Source of the DNA: an uncultured Clostridia bacterium
GTDB taxonomy: Bacteria; Bacillota; Clostridia; Christensenellales; UBA1242
Length of the DNA stretch: 64,000 nt
NCBI GenBank assembly: GCA_934747885.1
Contig: CAKVHE010000001.1
Coordinates: forward strand, 5,424 to 69,423
Reading direction: 5' to 3'
The position numbers and the translations under genes were made by a program. The stretch's first letter is position 1; each line of letters begins with the position of its first letter. The notes under the pieces were generated by a model. The model had not been told where the DNA came from and ran no database searches. It was given only the letters and a program-made list of their open reading frames with translations. This document shows positions 39,345 to 48,649 of the stretch, one piece after another.

Positions 39345-41293
39345 GCGTTTTTAAAATTTTCAATTAAATTTAGCGAGCGCGTTTCGTTTAAGTAATCTAG
39401 CGATTTTATAAAGTCTTCTATTTTAACGCCCGAGATTTTTTTGCCGCCGCGCATACGCACCGATATAGTGTTGCTAGAAATTTCTGTTGCACCAATAATT
39501 AGCGTATACGGAATGCGTTCTTGCTGATATTTTTTTATTTTTGCGTTCATACTAGCGTCGCCGGTGCTAACCTCTGCGCGAAGTTTGAACTTTTTGAGCA
39601 AGGTTTCTAGTTTTTTTGCAACCGACAAGCATTCGTCTTTTAGCGGAACAATGCCCACTTGCAGCGGCGCAATCCAAAATGGGAAATTACCATCAAAGTG
39701 TTCTATCATGAGGCCAATAAAGCGTTCTAGCGAGCCGTAAATTACTCGGTGAATAACCACCGGTGTTTTTTTGGCGCCCGTGCTATCGGTGTAAGTTAAG
39801 CCAAAGCGTTTTGGCTGTTGCAAGTCTAGTTGAAAAGTTCCGGTTTGCCACTCGCGACCCAAAGCGTCTTGCATAATTAAATCTACTTTTGGGCCATAAA
39901 AAGCGCCGTTGCCTTCGCTTACCTTATACCCGCCCTTGCCAAAGCGTTTGTCCAAAATGTTAGTAAGTTTGCTTTCGGCAAATTGCCATTCGGCATCGGT
40001 GCCAAGATAGTGTTTTGGACGCGTTGAAAGCACTGCGGTGTATTTCATTCCAAAGGCATTATAAAACAAATCTGCAAGTTTAAACAAATGCTCAAACTCT
40101 GCATCTATTTGACTTTCGGCAACAAAGTTGTGTGCGTCGTCTTGCCTAAACATACGAGTACGAAGCAAACCATGCAGCGAACCGGCAGGCTCGTAGCGGT
40201 GCAGTACATCCACGCTAGAAATACGCAAAGGAAGGTCGCGGTAACTGCGAGGTTTGGATCTAAAACATACCATTGCGTTTGGGCAGTTCATTGGTTTTAT
40301 GGCAAGAGTTGGGTTGCCATCTTCGCTCTTTTCGTTGTTGAGCAAAAACATATTATCGAGGTAATGTTCTAGGTGCCCGCTAGATTGCCATAGTGACAAA
40401 TCGTTAATGATTGGCGACGAAATCTCTTTGTAGCCGTATTCGTCGTGAACTTCGCGCCAAAAATCTAAAAGGTTGTTAAAAAGTTTCCAGCCGCGAGGTA
40501 GCCAATATGGCATACTCTGCGCTGAGTGATCAAACATAAATAGTTCAAGTTTTTTACCCAGCACGCGATGGTCACGCTTGCTGGCTTCTTTTTGGGTATG
40601 AAAATAATTTTCAAGGTCGGCCTGTTTGAAAAACGCCGTGCCAAAAATGCGCGTTAGCATTTTGTTTTGGCTATCGCCGCGCCAATATGCGCCCGCAATT
40701 TGAGTTAAGGCAAAGGCCTTTACTCCGCCCGTACTTTTTAGGTGGGCACCTTTGCAGATGTCGCTAAACTCACCTTCGCACATTGCATAAATTGGTTGGT
40801 TTTTGTCAATTCCTGCCAAAATTTCTATTTTGTATGGCTCTTGGTTTTTGTCCGCATAGCGCGTTGCGTCCAGCCTTGAAATCTTTTTTCGCTCAATTAA
40901 AAAATTGGCTTTTATTATCCTTTTCATTTCGGCTTCAAGTTTGCCTAGGTCACTTTTGTTTATGCGCGACTTAAAGTCAAAATCATAATAAAAACCGTCA
41001 TCAGTGACGCCACCAGACGCAATTTTTGCGTTTGGGAAAATGGTTTTTACGGCGTGCGCCAAAATATGTGATGCGGTGTGACGCAAAACTTTTAAGGCGT
41101 CGGCGTCTTTGGCGGTTAATATTTCGAGTTTGCAATTCTTGGATATCACGCTAGATAAGTCTACAACCTCGCCGTCCACCTTGCCACATATTGCCGTTTT
41201 TGCAAGATTCGCGCTAATACTTTCTGCAATTTTTAAGACGGTTGTTCCGCGTTCAACCTCTGCTTCTGCATTGCCCTTTATTGAAATTTTCAT
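39341..41293 (-). CDS. thrS: threonine--tRNA ligase
   Basis: 650 aa with TGS, editing domain (HTASHILA), class II core (RDHR, FRQDDAH) and anticodon-binding domain. Confidence 0.97.
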   Translation of the reverse strand: MKISIKGNAEAEVERGTTVLKIAESISANLAKTAICGKVDGEVVDLSSVISKNCKLEILTAKDADALKVLRHTASHILAHAVKTIFPNAKIASGGVTDDGFYYDFDFKSRINKSDLGKLEAEMKRIIKANFLIERKKISRLDATRYADKNQEPYKIEILAGIDKNQPIYAMCEGEFSDICKGAHLKSTGGVKAFALTQIAGAYWRGDSQNKMLTRIFGTAFFKQADLENYFHTQKEASKRDHRVLGKKLELFMFDHSAQSMPYWLPRGWKLFNNLLDFWREVHDEYGYKEISSPIINDLSLWQSSGHLEHYLDNMFLLNNEKSEDGNPTLAIKPMNCPNAMVCFRSKPRSYRDLPLRISSVDVLHRYEPAGSLHGLLRTRMFRQDDAHNFVAESQIDAEFEHLFKLADLFYNAFGMKYTAVLSTRPKHYLGTDAEWQFAESKLTNILDKRFGKGGYKVSEGNGAFYGPKVDLIMQDALGREWQTGTFQLDLQQPKRFGLTYTDSTGAKKTPVVIHRVIYGSLERFIGLMIEHFDGNFPFWIAPLQVGIVPLKDECLSVAKKLETLLKKFKLRAEVSTGDASMNAKIKKYQQERIPYTLIIGATEISSNTISVRMRGGKKISGVKIEDFIKSLDYLNETRSLNLIENFKNA

Positions 41294-41393
41294 TGGTGCC
41301 TTCTTTTATTTTTTCAAAATTTGCTAGCCCCAACCGGCAAATTTTATCTAACTTTTTTTGCCTATTAAGTTTAAACGACACCCTATATAATTG

Positions 41394-42143
41394 TCAAGTG
41401 CAAAACACAACTTTTTCGGTAAAAATGGCTTCCACGCCGTCCACCACTTCGGGACTTTTTTCACGCGAGAGTTTTAGCACCACGCTACTTGGCGCAAGTG
41501 AAATTAAATCAGCCACCACCCTTTCTTTGGAACCTTTGTCGGTGCGATTTATGGGGGCAGATAATAGTTTCCCGCTTGGGTCACAAATTAAATACTCGCT
41601 CGCCGTTTCGGTCACCACCGCTTGCTCGGTGCCCGCCTTTGTTATACTAACCAGTTCACGCGTGAGTTCTATAAAGGCACTCGAACTCAAAAAGCCCGCC
41701 ATATTTTGCGTAAGCAAATCTACCAGTTGGTGCCATTTTTCTTTTAAGGCAATTAGCCTAAAATTGTAGTAACTTTGAATATCCACCACGCTAGTAATTT
41801 CTAGTCCGGCCTTTATGCTTAAAATATCGTCCGTTTTTTCAAATATAGTAAGCGCCCTAATCAAACTTATTAGGGTAAACTCATCTAGCGGTTTTAGGCG
41901 CAAATTCTGCCTTAAATATTGTTCTTTGTAGCACACGGCCATTACCTCGGCTATGGTGTCCGTTAAGTCGGCTTTTAGTTTGTCTGTTTTGCGGTCGGGC
42001 GCCAAAAGTTCCACCCAAATTGCTTCGGCAGAATTTTTGATGACTACACTATGATAATTTCGTTTTTTTGCTTCAAATTTTTTCCAAAAGTATACAAATA
42101 AATCGTTATTTGACTTTGGGAATTTTAGTTTGGTTATAAACAT
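41394..42143 (-). CDS. hypothetical protein, possibly YtxC-like
   Basis: 249 aa immediately upstream of thrS, the position of ytxC in Bacillus. Synteny-based guess; no motif verified. Confidence 0.4.
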   Translation of the reverse strand: MFITKLKFPKSNNDLFVYFWKKFEAKKRNYHSVVIKNSAEAIWVELLAPDRKTDKLKADLTDTIAEVMAVCYKEQYLRQNLRLKPLDEFTLISLIRALTIFEKTDDILSIKAGLEITSVVDIQSYYNFRLIALKEKWHQLVDLLTQNMAGFLSSSAFIELTRELVSITKAGTEQAVVTETASEYLICDPSGKLLSAPINRTDKGSKERVVADLISLAPSSVVLKLSREKSPEVVDGVEAIFTEKVVFCT

Positions 42144-42173
42144 AAAAAATACACTCCCTTAAAGGTAGTGTAT
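42144..42173 (-). terminator. hairpin plus U5 abutting the start codon of the ytxC-like gene
   Basis: Minus sense AUACACUACC-uuuaa-GGGAGUGUAU-UUUUU-AUG. The only SD-like AAGGGAG lies inside the hairpin. Confidence 0.5.
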
Positions 42174-42211
42174 GAAAAGTTTTTAAAATAATACTTTTTT
42201 TATAGCAATCA

Positions 42212-42808
42212 TCAAATGCGAAATTTGTACAAATCATTAAAACTATTGGCGGGCGTGGTCGAATCTTCTTTGCCCGCAAGTTCGACTTTTAATCTCGACA
42301 AAATTTCCACCAGTTCGGCGCGCTCAATTAGTTCTACTTGATTTTCTTTGGCTAAGGTTTCCGCCTCGGGTGTAAAGCGGCTATTGGTTATACAAATTGC
42401 CTCAGTGGCGCCATAGTGGTTTTTTGCCGAAATAACTTCTTGCACCGCACCGAGCCCCACCGATTTTTTGTAGCGTTTGGCTTGCACAATATAAATTTTG
42501 CCGTCCTTTTTTAGCACCAAATCGGCGCCATAGTCTTTGGACTTTTGCGTTTCTTTGGCGTCAAAGCCTAGATAAAAAAACATTCGACGCAAAAACACTT
42601 CAAACTCGTAGCCTTCCATTATGTCCACCCGCTCGATGTCGGCATCTGCCAAAAACATCTGCTTGTCGTAGTTTGTACTATTAAATTTGCGCTTTTTGTG
42701 AAGTTTGATTATCCCTTTAACCAGCCCCACAATACAGAGCACCGGCAATAAAACAATAAACAAAATAATAAAAAATATGCGTTTTATTATTAAAGGTTTT
42801 TTCTTCAT
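42212..42808 (-). CDS. membrane-anchored restriction-endonuclease-like protein (Mrr_cat/PD-(D/E)xK domain)
   Basis: N-terminal TM (IFFIILFIVLLPVLCIVGLV), then G.EFE.F....F..LGF........S.DYGADLVL.KDG....VQAKRY...VG..AVQE. Confidence 0.8.
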   Translation of the reverse strand: MKKKPLIIKRIFFIILFIVLLPVLCIVGLVKGIIKLHKKRKFNSTNYDKQMFLADADIERVDIMEGYEFEVFLRRMFFYLGFDAKETQKSKDYGADLVLKKDGKIYIVQAKRYKKSVGLGAVQEVISAKNHYGATEAICITNSRFTPEAETLAKENQVELIERAELVEILSRLKVELAGKEDSTTPANSFNDLYKFRI

Positions 42809-42817
42809 TTATCTTCC

Positions 42818-43561
42818 TTATTTGTCTGTGTTTGGCTCCGTGGTTTCGCCTGTGGCCCCCGATGACAAATTATCTTTGTCGTCCGTTTTTGGCTTTATGG
42901 CTTTTTGCTCGTCGGCAACTTCGGCATTAGCGGTTTCGGTCAGTTCGCTCGCCGTTTCGGTATGAACCTTGCCAACTTGCGTGGTGGTTATGTTGCCAGC
43001 TTTTGCCTTTTTGTAAAAAATGGTATTCCAAATTTTGGTGTAAATTGGCCAAAGGAAAATGAAAATTAGTGAAACAATTACCGCCAATGCGTAGCCTGCC
43101 AAAATGTCGGTTAGGTAATGTTGCCCCAAATACATACGGTTGAACATATTAACTAGTGCGTAAAGCACCAAGCCACTAAAACAAAGCACTTTGTGCTTGT
43201 TTTTTATTTTTGCATTTTTGACAATTATGCCCAAAAAGATTATGGTTACCATACATTGCACGCTATGTCCGCTTGGAAAAGACGAACCCAGCGCCTGAAA
43301 AATGTTTTTTACTTCCGCGCTAGCAAGATATGGGCGTGGACGGTTGATTATTGCTTTTAAGATGCTTTTAACAATGCTTGCCACGCCGGCAGTACCAAAA
43401 TAGTAAACGGCAAAATCTTTTTTGTAAAAGAAAAAGAGCAGCACGCTTACCAAGAGTAAGCCTGTCCAGTCCGAAAAAAATGAAATTATGGTGTTTATTA
43501 AATCCATCGCCGGCGAAGAAAGAGTTTGCAACGCCTTTATTATTTCTATTTCAAAGTCCAT
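42818..43561 (-). CDS. PAP2-family phosphatase with an acidic T/E-rich C-terminal tail
   Basis: KxxxxxxRP (KAIINRPRP), PSGH (SFPSGHS), R-x5-H-x3-D (RMYLGQHYLTD). Confidence 0.88.
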   Translation of the reverse strand: MDFEIEIIKALQTLSSPAMDLINTIISFFSDWTGLLLVSVLLFFFYKKDFAVYYFGTAGVASIVKSILKAIINRPRPYLASAEVKNIFQALGSSFPSGHSVQCMVTIIFLGIIVKNAKIKNKHKVLCFSGLVLYALVNMFNRMYLGQHYLTDILAGYALAVIVSLIFIFLWPIYTKIWNTIFYKKAKAGNITTTQVGKVHTETASELTETANAEVADEQKAIKPKTDDKDNLSSGATGETTEPNTDK

Positions 43562-43570
43562 AGTTTTCTC

Positions 43571-44212
43571 CTAGGTATTTTTGTAAGTGGCGTCTATGCC
43601 ATCTGCCGGAAAACTTTCCGCTTGAATATCGGCGCCAAATATTTCAGTGTAGGTTGTTTGGTTTTTGTCCAGCGTAAGTTTGCCCTTTTTGCCGACAAAA
43701 TTAAACCTAAATATATCAAAGGTGGCACTCTCGTTTTTGGAAATTACTTGACCGATGTACCCTGCCTCTTGTTTGGTTATTTCAAAGATAGTAGTTGTTG
43801 TGCGGCTGGTGCATTTTACAGAAAGGCTGTTGCCCACCAGTTGTAAACACGTTTCGTTTTGCTCGGTGGTGGACTTTATGTCTATTTTGGTTTTGGTCTT
43901 GATTATTTCAACATTGGTGTCGCCCGCTTTGCCCGCGTCATCAAGGCTGTTATAACCATCTAGCACTAGTATTATGCTAGATGACAAACTTTTTAGCGTC
44001 TGCGAATAAGCGTTTAGTTCCTCGGTGTTTATTGCCGCAGATAGCGTGTTTAAAAACATAATAAAATCGCTATCAAATGCGCCAAAATTGGTCTTTACCG
44101 CACTTATTTGCAAGGTATCGTTTTCGGTAGCGTTATCTTCGGCGCAACCTATTAACGTTAACGCCGTCAGCCCCACCAGCAAAAAGCATAAAAATTGTTT
44201 GAGTTTTTTCAT
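43571..44212 (-). CDS. lipoprotein of unknown function
   Basis: Signal peptide with lipobox LTLIGC. Confidence 0.75.
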   Translation of the reverse strand: MKKLKQFLCFLLVGLTALTLIGCAEDNATENDTLQISAVKTNFGAFDSDFIMFLNTLSAAINTEELNAYSQTLKSLSSSIILVLDGYNSLDDAGKAGDTNVEIIKTKTKIDIKSTTEQNETCLQLVGNSLSVKCTSRTTTTIFEITKQEAGYIGQVISKNESATFDIFRFNFVGKKGKLTLDKNQTTYTEIFGADIQAESFPADGIDATYKNT

Positions 44213-44213
44213 A

Positions 44214-44627
44214 TTATCCCTTTAAACGGTTGTCTAGTTCTTTTAAGAATTGTTCCGTTTTTTGTGGAGCAATATACATTTTGTATGGTTTTTCTGGGTT
44301 TAATGATTGGTAACTTACTTCAAGTTTTTTTATGGTGCCTACATAGGCGGTAAGTTTGATGTTTTTTACGCGTTTTACCTCTAAAATGCGGTTGTAACCA
44401 ATTTCAAAAGACGCAAACCCGCAAAACACTTTTATTCCATAGTCGGTTAGCTCTACATAAGAATTAAAGGTAAATACCGTTGTTAAAACGATGCAAACCA
44501 GTGCTAGCGCTATATACGCCCAAAAGTACCAATCTTGCTTTAAAAAGAACACTGGCGCCACTAGTGCGGATAATGCTACTAGATAGCAAAGAATTGAAAA
44601 AACGTCTTGTCTTGTGCGAAATTTCAT
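44214..44627 (-). CDS. 2-TM bacterial PH-domain membrane protein (YyaB/bPH-like)
   Basis: Start taken at MKFRTRQD (44627), 1 nt after the queH stop. Two TM helices followed by a beta-rich ~80-aa domain. Confidence 0.55.
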   Translation of the reverse strand: MKFRTRQDVFSILCYLVALSALVAPVFFLKQDWYFWAYIALALVCIVLTTVFTFNSYVELTDYGIKVFCGFASFEIGYNRILEVKRVKNIKLTAYVGTIKKLEVSYQSLNPEKPYKMYIAPQKTEQFLKELDNRLKG

Positions 44628-44628
44628 T

Positions 44629-45174
44629 TTATTCTCCTTGTGTGAGCCTGCACCCACAATAATTTTGGCGATAAATTTTGTAAAGCTTGCAAAGTTCTAT
44701 AGACCTTAGGTAGCCGTTTTGTTTTTTAAAGTTGGCGGGCAAAAATTCTATGCCATAATCACTCGCTAGGCCTTGCCCCACTAGGTTTATTAGTTCCGCA
44801 TTTTTGTGCGGGCTGACCGAAAGCGTGGTGCAAAACAAATCGTAGCCGTTTTTGGCGCCATATTGCGCCGTGCGCGCTAGGCGATACTTTATGCATTTGG
44901 CGCAACGACTTCCGCCCTCTTTTTCGGTTTCTAGCCCCTTTACCACCTCTAAAAACTCTGCGTTATTGTACTCGTCTTCTATTAACTTTACTTGCGGATA
45001 AACAAGTTGTAGTAATTTTACTAGTTCCGCTTTGCGCTTTTCGTACTCTTCTGCCGGCATTATGTTTGAGTTGGAAAAAAATGCGGTTATCTCGTATTTT
45101 TCTTCACTAAGCAAGCGTTCAAGCACGCTAGTGGCGCAAGGCGCACAACATACATGTAATAATAGTTTTTGCAT
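44629..45174 (-). CDS. queH: epoxyqueuosine reductase QueH (DUF208)
   Basis: LLLHVCCAPC start and conserved Cys pattern (C.KC, CGC at the C-terminus). Confidence 0.85.
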   Translation of the reverse strand: MQKLLLHVCCAPCATSVLERLLSEEKYEITAFFSNSNIMPAEEYEKRKAELVKLLQLVYPQVKLIEDEYNNAEFLEVVKGLETEKEGGSRCAKCIKYRLARTAQYGAKNGYDLFCTTLSVSPHKNAELINLVGQGLASDYGIEFLPANFKKQNGYLRSIELCKLYKIYRQNYCGCRLTQGE

Positions 45175-45398
45175 TATGGTTGATTTTGTTCTTCTCCAGA
45201 TTTTTGTTTGAAAAGTTTTTCGACGGCTAGGTAAAATTTATCTAATGCCCCCGTTGTCTTTTTTATGCCTGCCATAAGTTTTTTTAGTTCGTCCGCTGGC
45301 AAGGTGGCAACTTTTTTGATGTCCACTTCGGTAAGCGAACCGCCGCCAATTATTGAATTTATCATACTGCTGTATGGGCTTAACATATGTTCGTTCAT
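45174..45398 (-). CDS. hypothetical small protein
   Basis: 74-aa ORF translationally coupled between argS and queH. Confidence 0.45.
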   Translation of the reverse strand: MNEHMLSPYSSMINSIIGGGSLTEVDIKKVATLPADELKKLMAGIKKTTGALDKFYLAVEKLFKQKSGEEQNQP

Positions 45399-45399
45399 A

Positions 45400-47178
45400 T
45401 TACATCCTCTCCGGCAAATCTATTGCCAAAATATTTAGTGCTTCCGCGATGTTATCTAGCACCAGTTTGCAAGTGGTTAGGTAACTATCACGCTTTTGCT
45501 TGTCTGTTTCGGTTAAAATTCGGTTATTGTTGTAAAAAGTTGAAAAACTTGACGCAACGCCATATACTCCTGCGCAAACCAAACTTGGACTAAGCGCATT
45601 AAAGGCGTCCTTGTATGCCTGCTTTAAGGCAAGAATGGCAAGCAAAATGTCTTTTTGTTCTTGGCAAACTATATCAAAGTTTGGCGTAAAGTCGCCCGCT
45701 TTGTTTAGCAAAGATTTTATGCGCACGCCGGTGTATTGCAAATATGGCCCCGTTTTGCCTTCAAACGACATAAATTTGTCTAGGTCAAAAATGTAATCGC
45801 GCGATACATCGTTAATTAGGTCACCAAACTTCATTGCACCAACCCCAATTTGCAAGGCAAGTTCGCTAGAATTTTGGTTGCCGTTGGCCACAAGTTTTTC
45901 TTGCGCCTTGCTAGAAATTAGGTCAATTATGTCTTCTAGTTTTATGGTGGTACCTGCACGCGTTTTAAAGGCTTTTCCGTCTTTGCCGTTCATAGTGCCG
46001 TAGCCCACGTGAGTAAGTTTTAATTTTTCCGGCGCTATCCCTGCCATTTTGCAAGCCCTAAACACTTGCTCAAAGTGAGTGTTTTGGCGTTTGTCGGTTA
46101 CATAAATTATTTCCGCCAAATTTTTGTTTTCTTCCACTCTTTGCAAAATTGTAGCAATATCTGTGGTGGCATATAATGAACCGCCGTTATGCTTTTTTAA
46201 AACTAGTGGCGGCATTGGGTTTTTGTAAAGTTGTTTTTCGTTTGGGTCGCTTGGGTCTTTTTTTGGTATAGGAATATGTTCCCCCTCGCGCGCAACTTCA
46301 ACAATTACCGCACCGTCGCTTTCTTTGGTTAAACCTTTTTTCTCAAAAATCTCTACAGCACGATTTATATCTTCTTCGGCATCACTCTCACCTTTCCACA
46401 AATCAAAGTGACAATTTAGGTTTTGGTAATTGCGCGCAATTGCCTTTACCGAAACTTCACGAATTCTTTTAAAAACCTTGTAAAATGGTTCCTGCTTGTG
46501 TTGAAGTTTTAGGGTGTAGTCTTCTGCTTTTGCTTTAAATTCCGCGTCAATTTTGCTACGCTTTGAGGCTTCTGGGTAGCACTCGTTTAGTAGCGCCAAG
46601 GTTATGTTTGGGAGTTTTGCATTGGCGCTTGAAAAATTTACCAGCCCCTTTTCTTCTAGCATTGCCATAACCAAACCCATTTGCAAACCCCAATCACCAA
46701 GGTGTGCATCGGCTATGGTCGTGTAGCCAAATTTGGTGTACAAATTTTTTATTGCCTCGCCAATTATTGGTGAACGCAAATGCCCCATGTGTAGTTCTTT
46801 GGCAATGTTGGCGCCGCCGTAATCTAGCACCACCGTTTTGCCATTTTTTGGTTCGGTGGCCCGCGCCTTATATAGCGCTTCAAAAATTTTAGATAGCCCA
46901 CTTTGGGTAAGTTTTAGGTTAACAAATGCCCCCGCAACCGAAACTTCGGCAATACCATTAAGATTTTTTTGCAAAGCCGGCAAAACCTCTTCGGCAAGCG
47001 CTAAGGGATTTTTGCCCGCTTTTTTGGCTAACATGAACACACTGTTGCATTGGTAATCTGCCATTTCGGGACGGTTTGAAACCGCAACCGACACACTCTC
47101 CGTATCGTAGGCTAAACTTTTAAAGGCGTCCGCAACCTTGCCGGTTAAATATTGTTTTATTTCGATTAAATTGTTCAT
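45400..47178 (-). CDS. argS: arginine--tRNA ligase
   Basis: 592 aa, class I HIGH (AKELHMGHLRS), DALR anticodon-binding C-terminus ending in M. Confidence 0.96.
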   Translation of the reverse strand: MNNLIEIKQYLTGKVADAFKSLAYDTESVSVAVSNRPEMADYQCNSVFMLAKKAGKNPLALAEEVLPALQKNLNGIAEVSVAGAFVNLKLTQSGLSKIFEALYKARATEPKNGKTVVLDYGGANIAKELHMGHLRSPIIGEAIKNLYTKFGYTTIADAHLGDWGLQMGLVMAMLEEKGLVNFSSANAKLPNITLALLNECYPEASKRSKIDAEFKAKAEDYTLKLQHKQEPFYKVFKRIREVSVKAIARNYQNLNCHFDLWKGESDAEEDINRAVEIFEKKGLTKESDGAVIVEVAREGEHIPIPKKDPSDPNEKQLYKNPMPPLVLKKHNGGSLYATTDIATILQRVEENKNLAEIIYVTDKRQNTHFEQVFRACKMAGIAPEKLKLTHVGYGTMNGKDGKAFKTRAGTTIKLEDIIDLISSKAQEKLVANGNQNSSELALQIGVGAMKFGDLINDVSRDYIFDLDKFMSFEGKTGPYLQYTGVRIKSLLNKAGDFTPNFDIVCQEQKDILLAILALKQAYKDAFNALSPSLVCAGVYGVASSFSTFYNNNRILTETDKQKRDSYLTTCKLVLDNIAEALNILAIDLPERM

Positions 47179-47179
47179 A

Positions 47180-47680
47180 TTATCTTTCTTGATGTCCTTC
47201 GTCTTGGTATATGTAATAGTTTAGCATAATTTTTTGCGTGCGTTTGGTTTCTGCACTTGGTTTTTCCGCCAGCGTAAAGCCAATGGCAAGCAAGTTTTTT
47301 ACCATAAAAATTGGCGCGTTGTACCTTATGGCGCCAAAGCGCTGCGCCTGATTTTCGGTAAGCCTACTTGCTAGTTCGTTCATTAAACTTTTTAAAGCGG
47401 CACTAGCATATTTGCCTTCTTCCGCCACTAGATAGTTTATTTCCGCCGCTAGCAAATTTGCCGATAGTGTAGCCACCATTTTGCCCGAAATAAGCATATT
47501 TAGCACTAGCACCTGCCCGTTTGCAAAGGCGCGTGCGTGCATTCTTTCTGCCGGCAAAAAGTTGGCGATATTGCTATCAATTTTTGCGGCTTTTAGCCTT
47601 GCCGCCAATTGACCAGTTGCAAAATCTTGCGACATAACAAAACTATTTAGCGTTTTTGCTTGTTCTACTATTATATGCAT
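47180..47680 (-). CDS. hypothetical protein
   Basis: 166-aa helical ORF, 1 nt upstream of argS. No family recognised. Confidence 0.45.
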   Translation of the reverse strand: MHIIVEQAKTLNSFVMSQDFATGQLAARLKAAKIDSNIANFLPAERMHARAFANGQVLVLNMLISGKMVATLSANLLAAEINYLVAEEGKYASAALKSLMNELASRLTENQAQRFGAIRYNAPIFMVKNLLAIGFTLAEKPSAETKRTQKIMLNYYIYQDEGHQER

Positions 47681-47761
47681 TAACTTTATTTTAGCATATT
47701 TTTTGTTGCTTTACAACAATTTTGCCAAACAATATTGTTACTGCTAGCACCAAAAGTGCCC

Positions 47762-47803
47762 AAAAAAAATAAAAAAACAAAAAACGCTAACTTTGTTAGC
47801 GCT
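47762..47803 (-). terminator. intrinsic terminator after the 237-aa gene
   Basis: Minus sense AGCGCUAAC-aaa-GUUAGCGUU followed by UUUUGUUUUUUU. Confidence 0.75.
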
Positions 47804-47820
47804 CTTTGCAAAAATACTAT

Positions 47821-48534
47821 TTATTCGCCGTGCGTGGTTCCTTCGCTTGGCGCGTCCGCGCTTGGGCCTTGGGGCAAGGTTGCAACCTCAGGCTCCTGCT
47901 CGGTTAGCGCGCCACCATTTTCGGGTTCTTCTTCAATTTCTATTACCGCCGGCTCCTCAATTTGCGCAGACATTTCTTCAATCACGCTAGAAATTTCACC
48001 CGCCGTTAGGTATAGCCCATCACGCTTTAAAAGCACCGGCATATTTTCATAACTTAGTTTGAAAGTTAAACTCGACACAAAATTTGGGTCAGTTAAAGTC
48101 GTCAAGCTCGTTTTGGCTTTTTCTTTTAACGAATCGTAGGCAATTGCCGGCAAAAAAAGTTTTAGGTATTCCGGCTTTTCTGCCAGCACAATGGTTTCGG
48201 CAAGTGGCAGTTGCCCGCGCGCCAAAGAACCTTCGTCGCCGTCACGGTTGCAAACCAGAGCGTTTGTCCAATTAGGCGCAAGTTCTATTTTTTTAATCTT
48301 GCCGAGAGAGCATGCAGAAAATTTTTCCACCAATGGCACAGTTTCGGCTTCCGCCTCGGATTTTTGTTTTTGGCGTTCAGCCTCCACCACCAAACCATAT
48401 TGGTTAATGTTTTTGTCGGTAGTTAGCAGCACTACCCCTTGCCCCTTAAAGCCATAAATATCTGGGGTTTCGGTAAGCAAAAATTCGTCTAGCAACTCTT
48501 GAGTGTAATCACTCCGCGGGACACTATCGGTCAT
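47821..48534 (-). CDS. hypothetical protein with an acidic E/P-rich C-terminal tail
   Basis: 237-aa ORF behind a strong promoter and structured leader. No family recognised. Confidence 0.5.
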   Translation of the reverse strand: MTDSVPRSDYTQELLDEFLLTETPDIYGFKGQGVVLLTTDKNINQYGLVVEAERQKQKSEAEAETVPLVEKFSACSLGKIKKIELAPNWTNALVCNRDGDEGSLARGQLPLAETIVLAEKPEYLKLFLPAIAYDSLKEKAKTSLTTLTDPNFVSSLTFKLSYENMPVLLKRDGLYLTAGEISSVIEEMSAQIEEPAVIEIEEEPENGGALTEQEPEVATLPQGPSADAPSEGTTHGE

Positions 48535-48643
48535 AATTTTCTCCTATAATGGCTAGCCAAAGTTTTTGCGACGGAACAAAAATTTTCCTTCGCGGGGCTA
48601 CCATTAAGTTCAAATTATACCACTTTTGCGTACGGCTTGTCAA
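48535..48643 (-). promoter_or_regulatory. promoter plus ~80-nt structured 5' leader of the 237-aa gene
   Basis: Minus sense TTGACA-18 nt-TGGTATAAT. Leader has outer stem AATGGTAGCC/GGCTAGCCATT enclosing GCGAAGGAA/TTCCGTCGC. The 3' arm abuts the SD AGGAG. Confidence 0.55.
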
Positions 48644-48649
48644 ATCGGG

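Noticed and set aside
41294-41393. Expected T-box leader upstream of thrS (and of argS at about 47179)
   Set aside because: The thrS upstream gap is only 100 nt and lacks a specifier stem and the T-box sequence. argS is translationally coupled to the upstream gene. No T-box is present.
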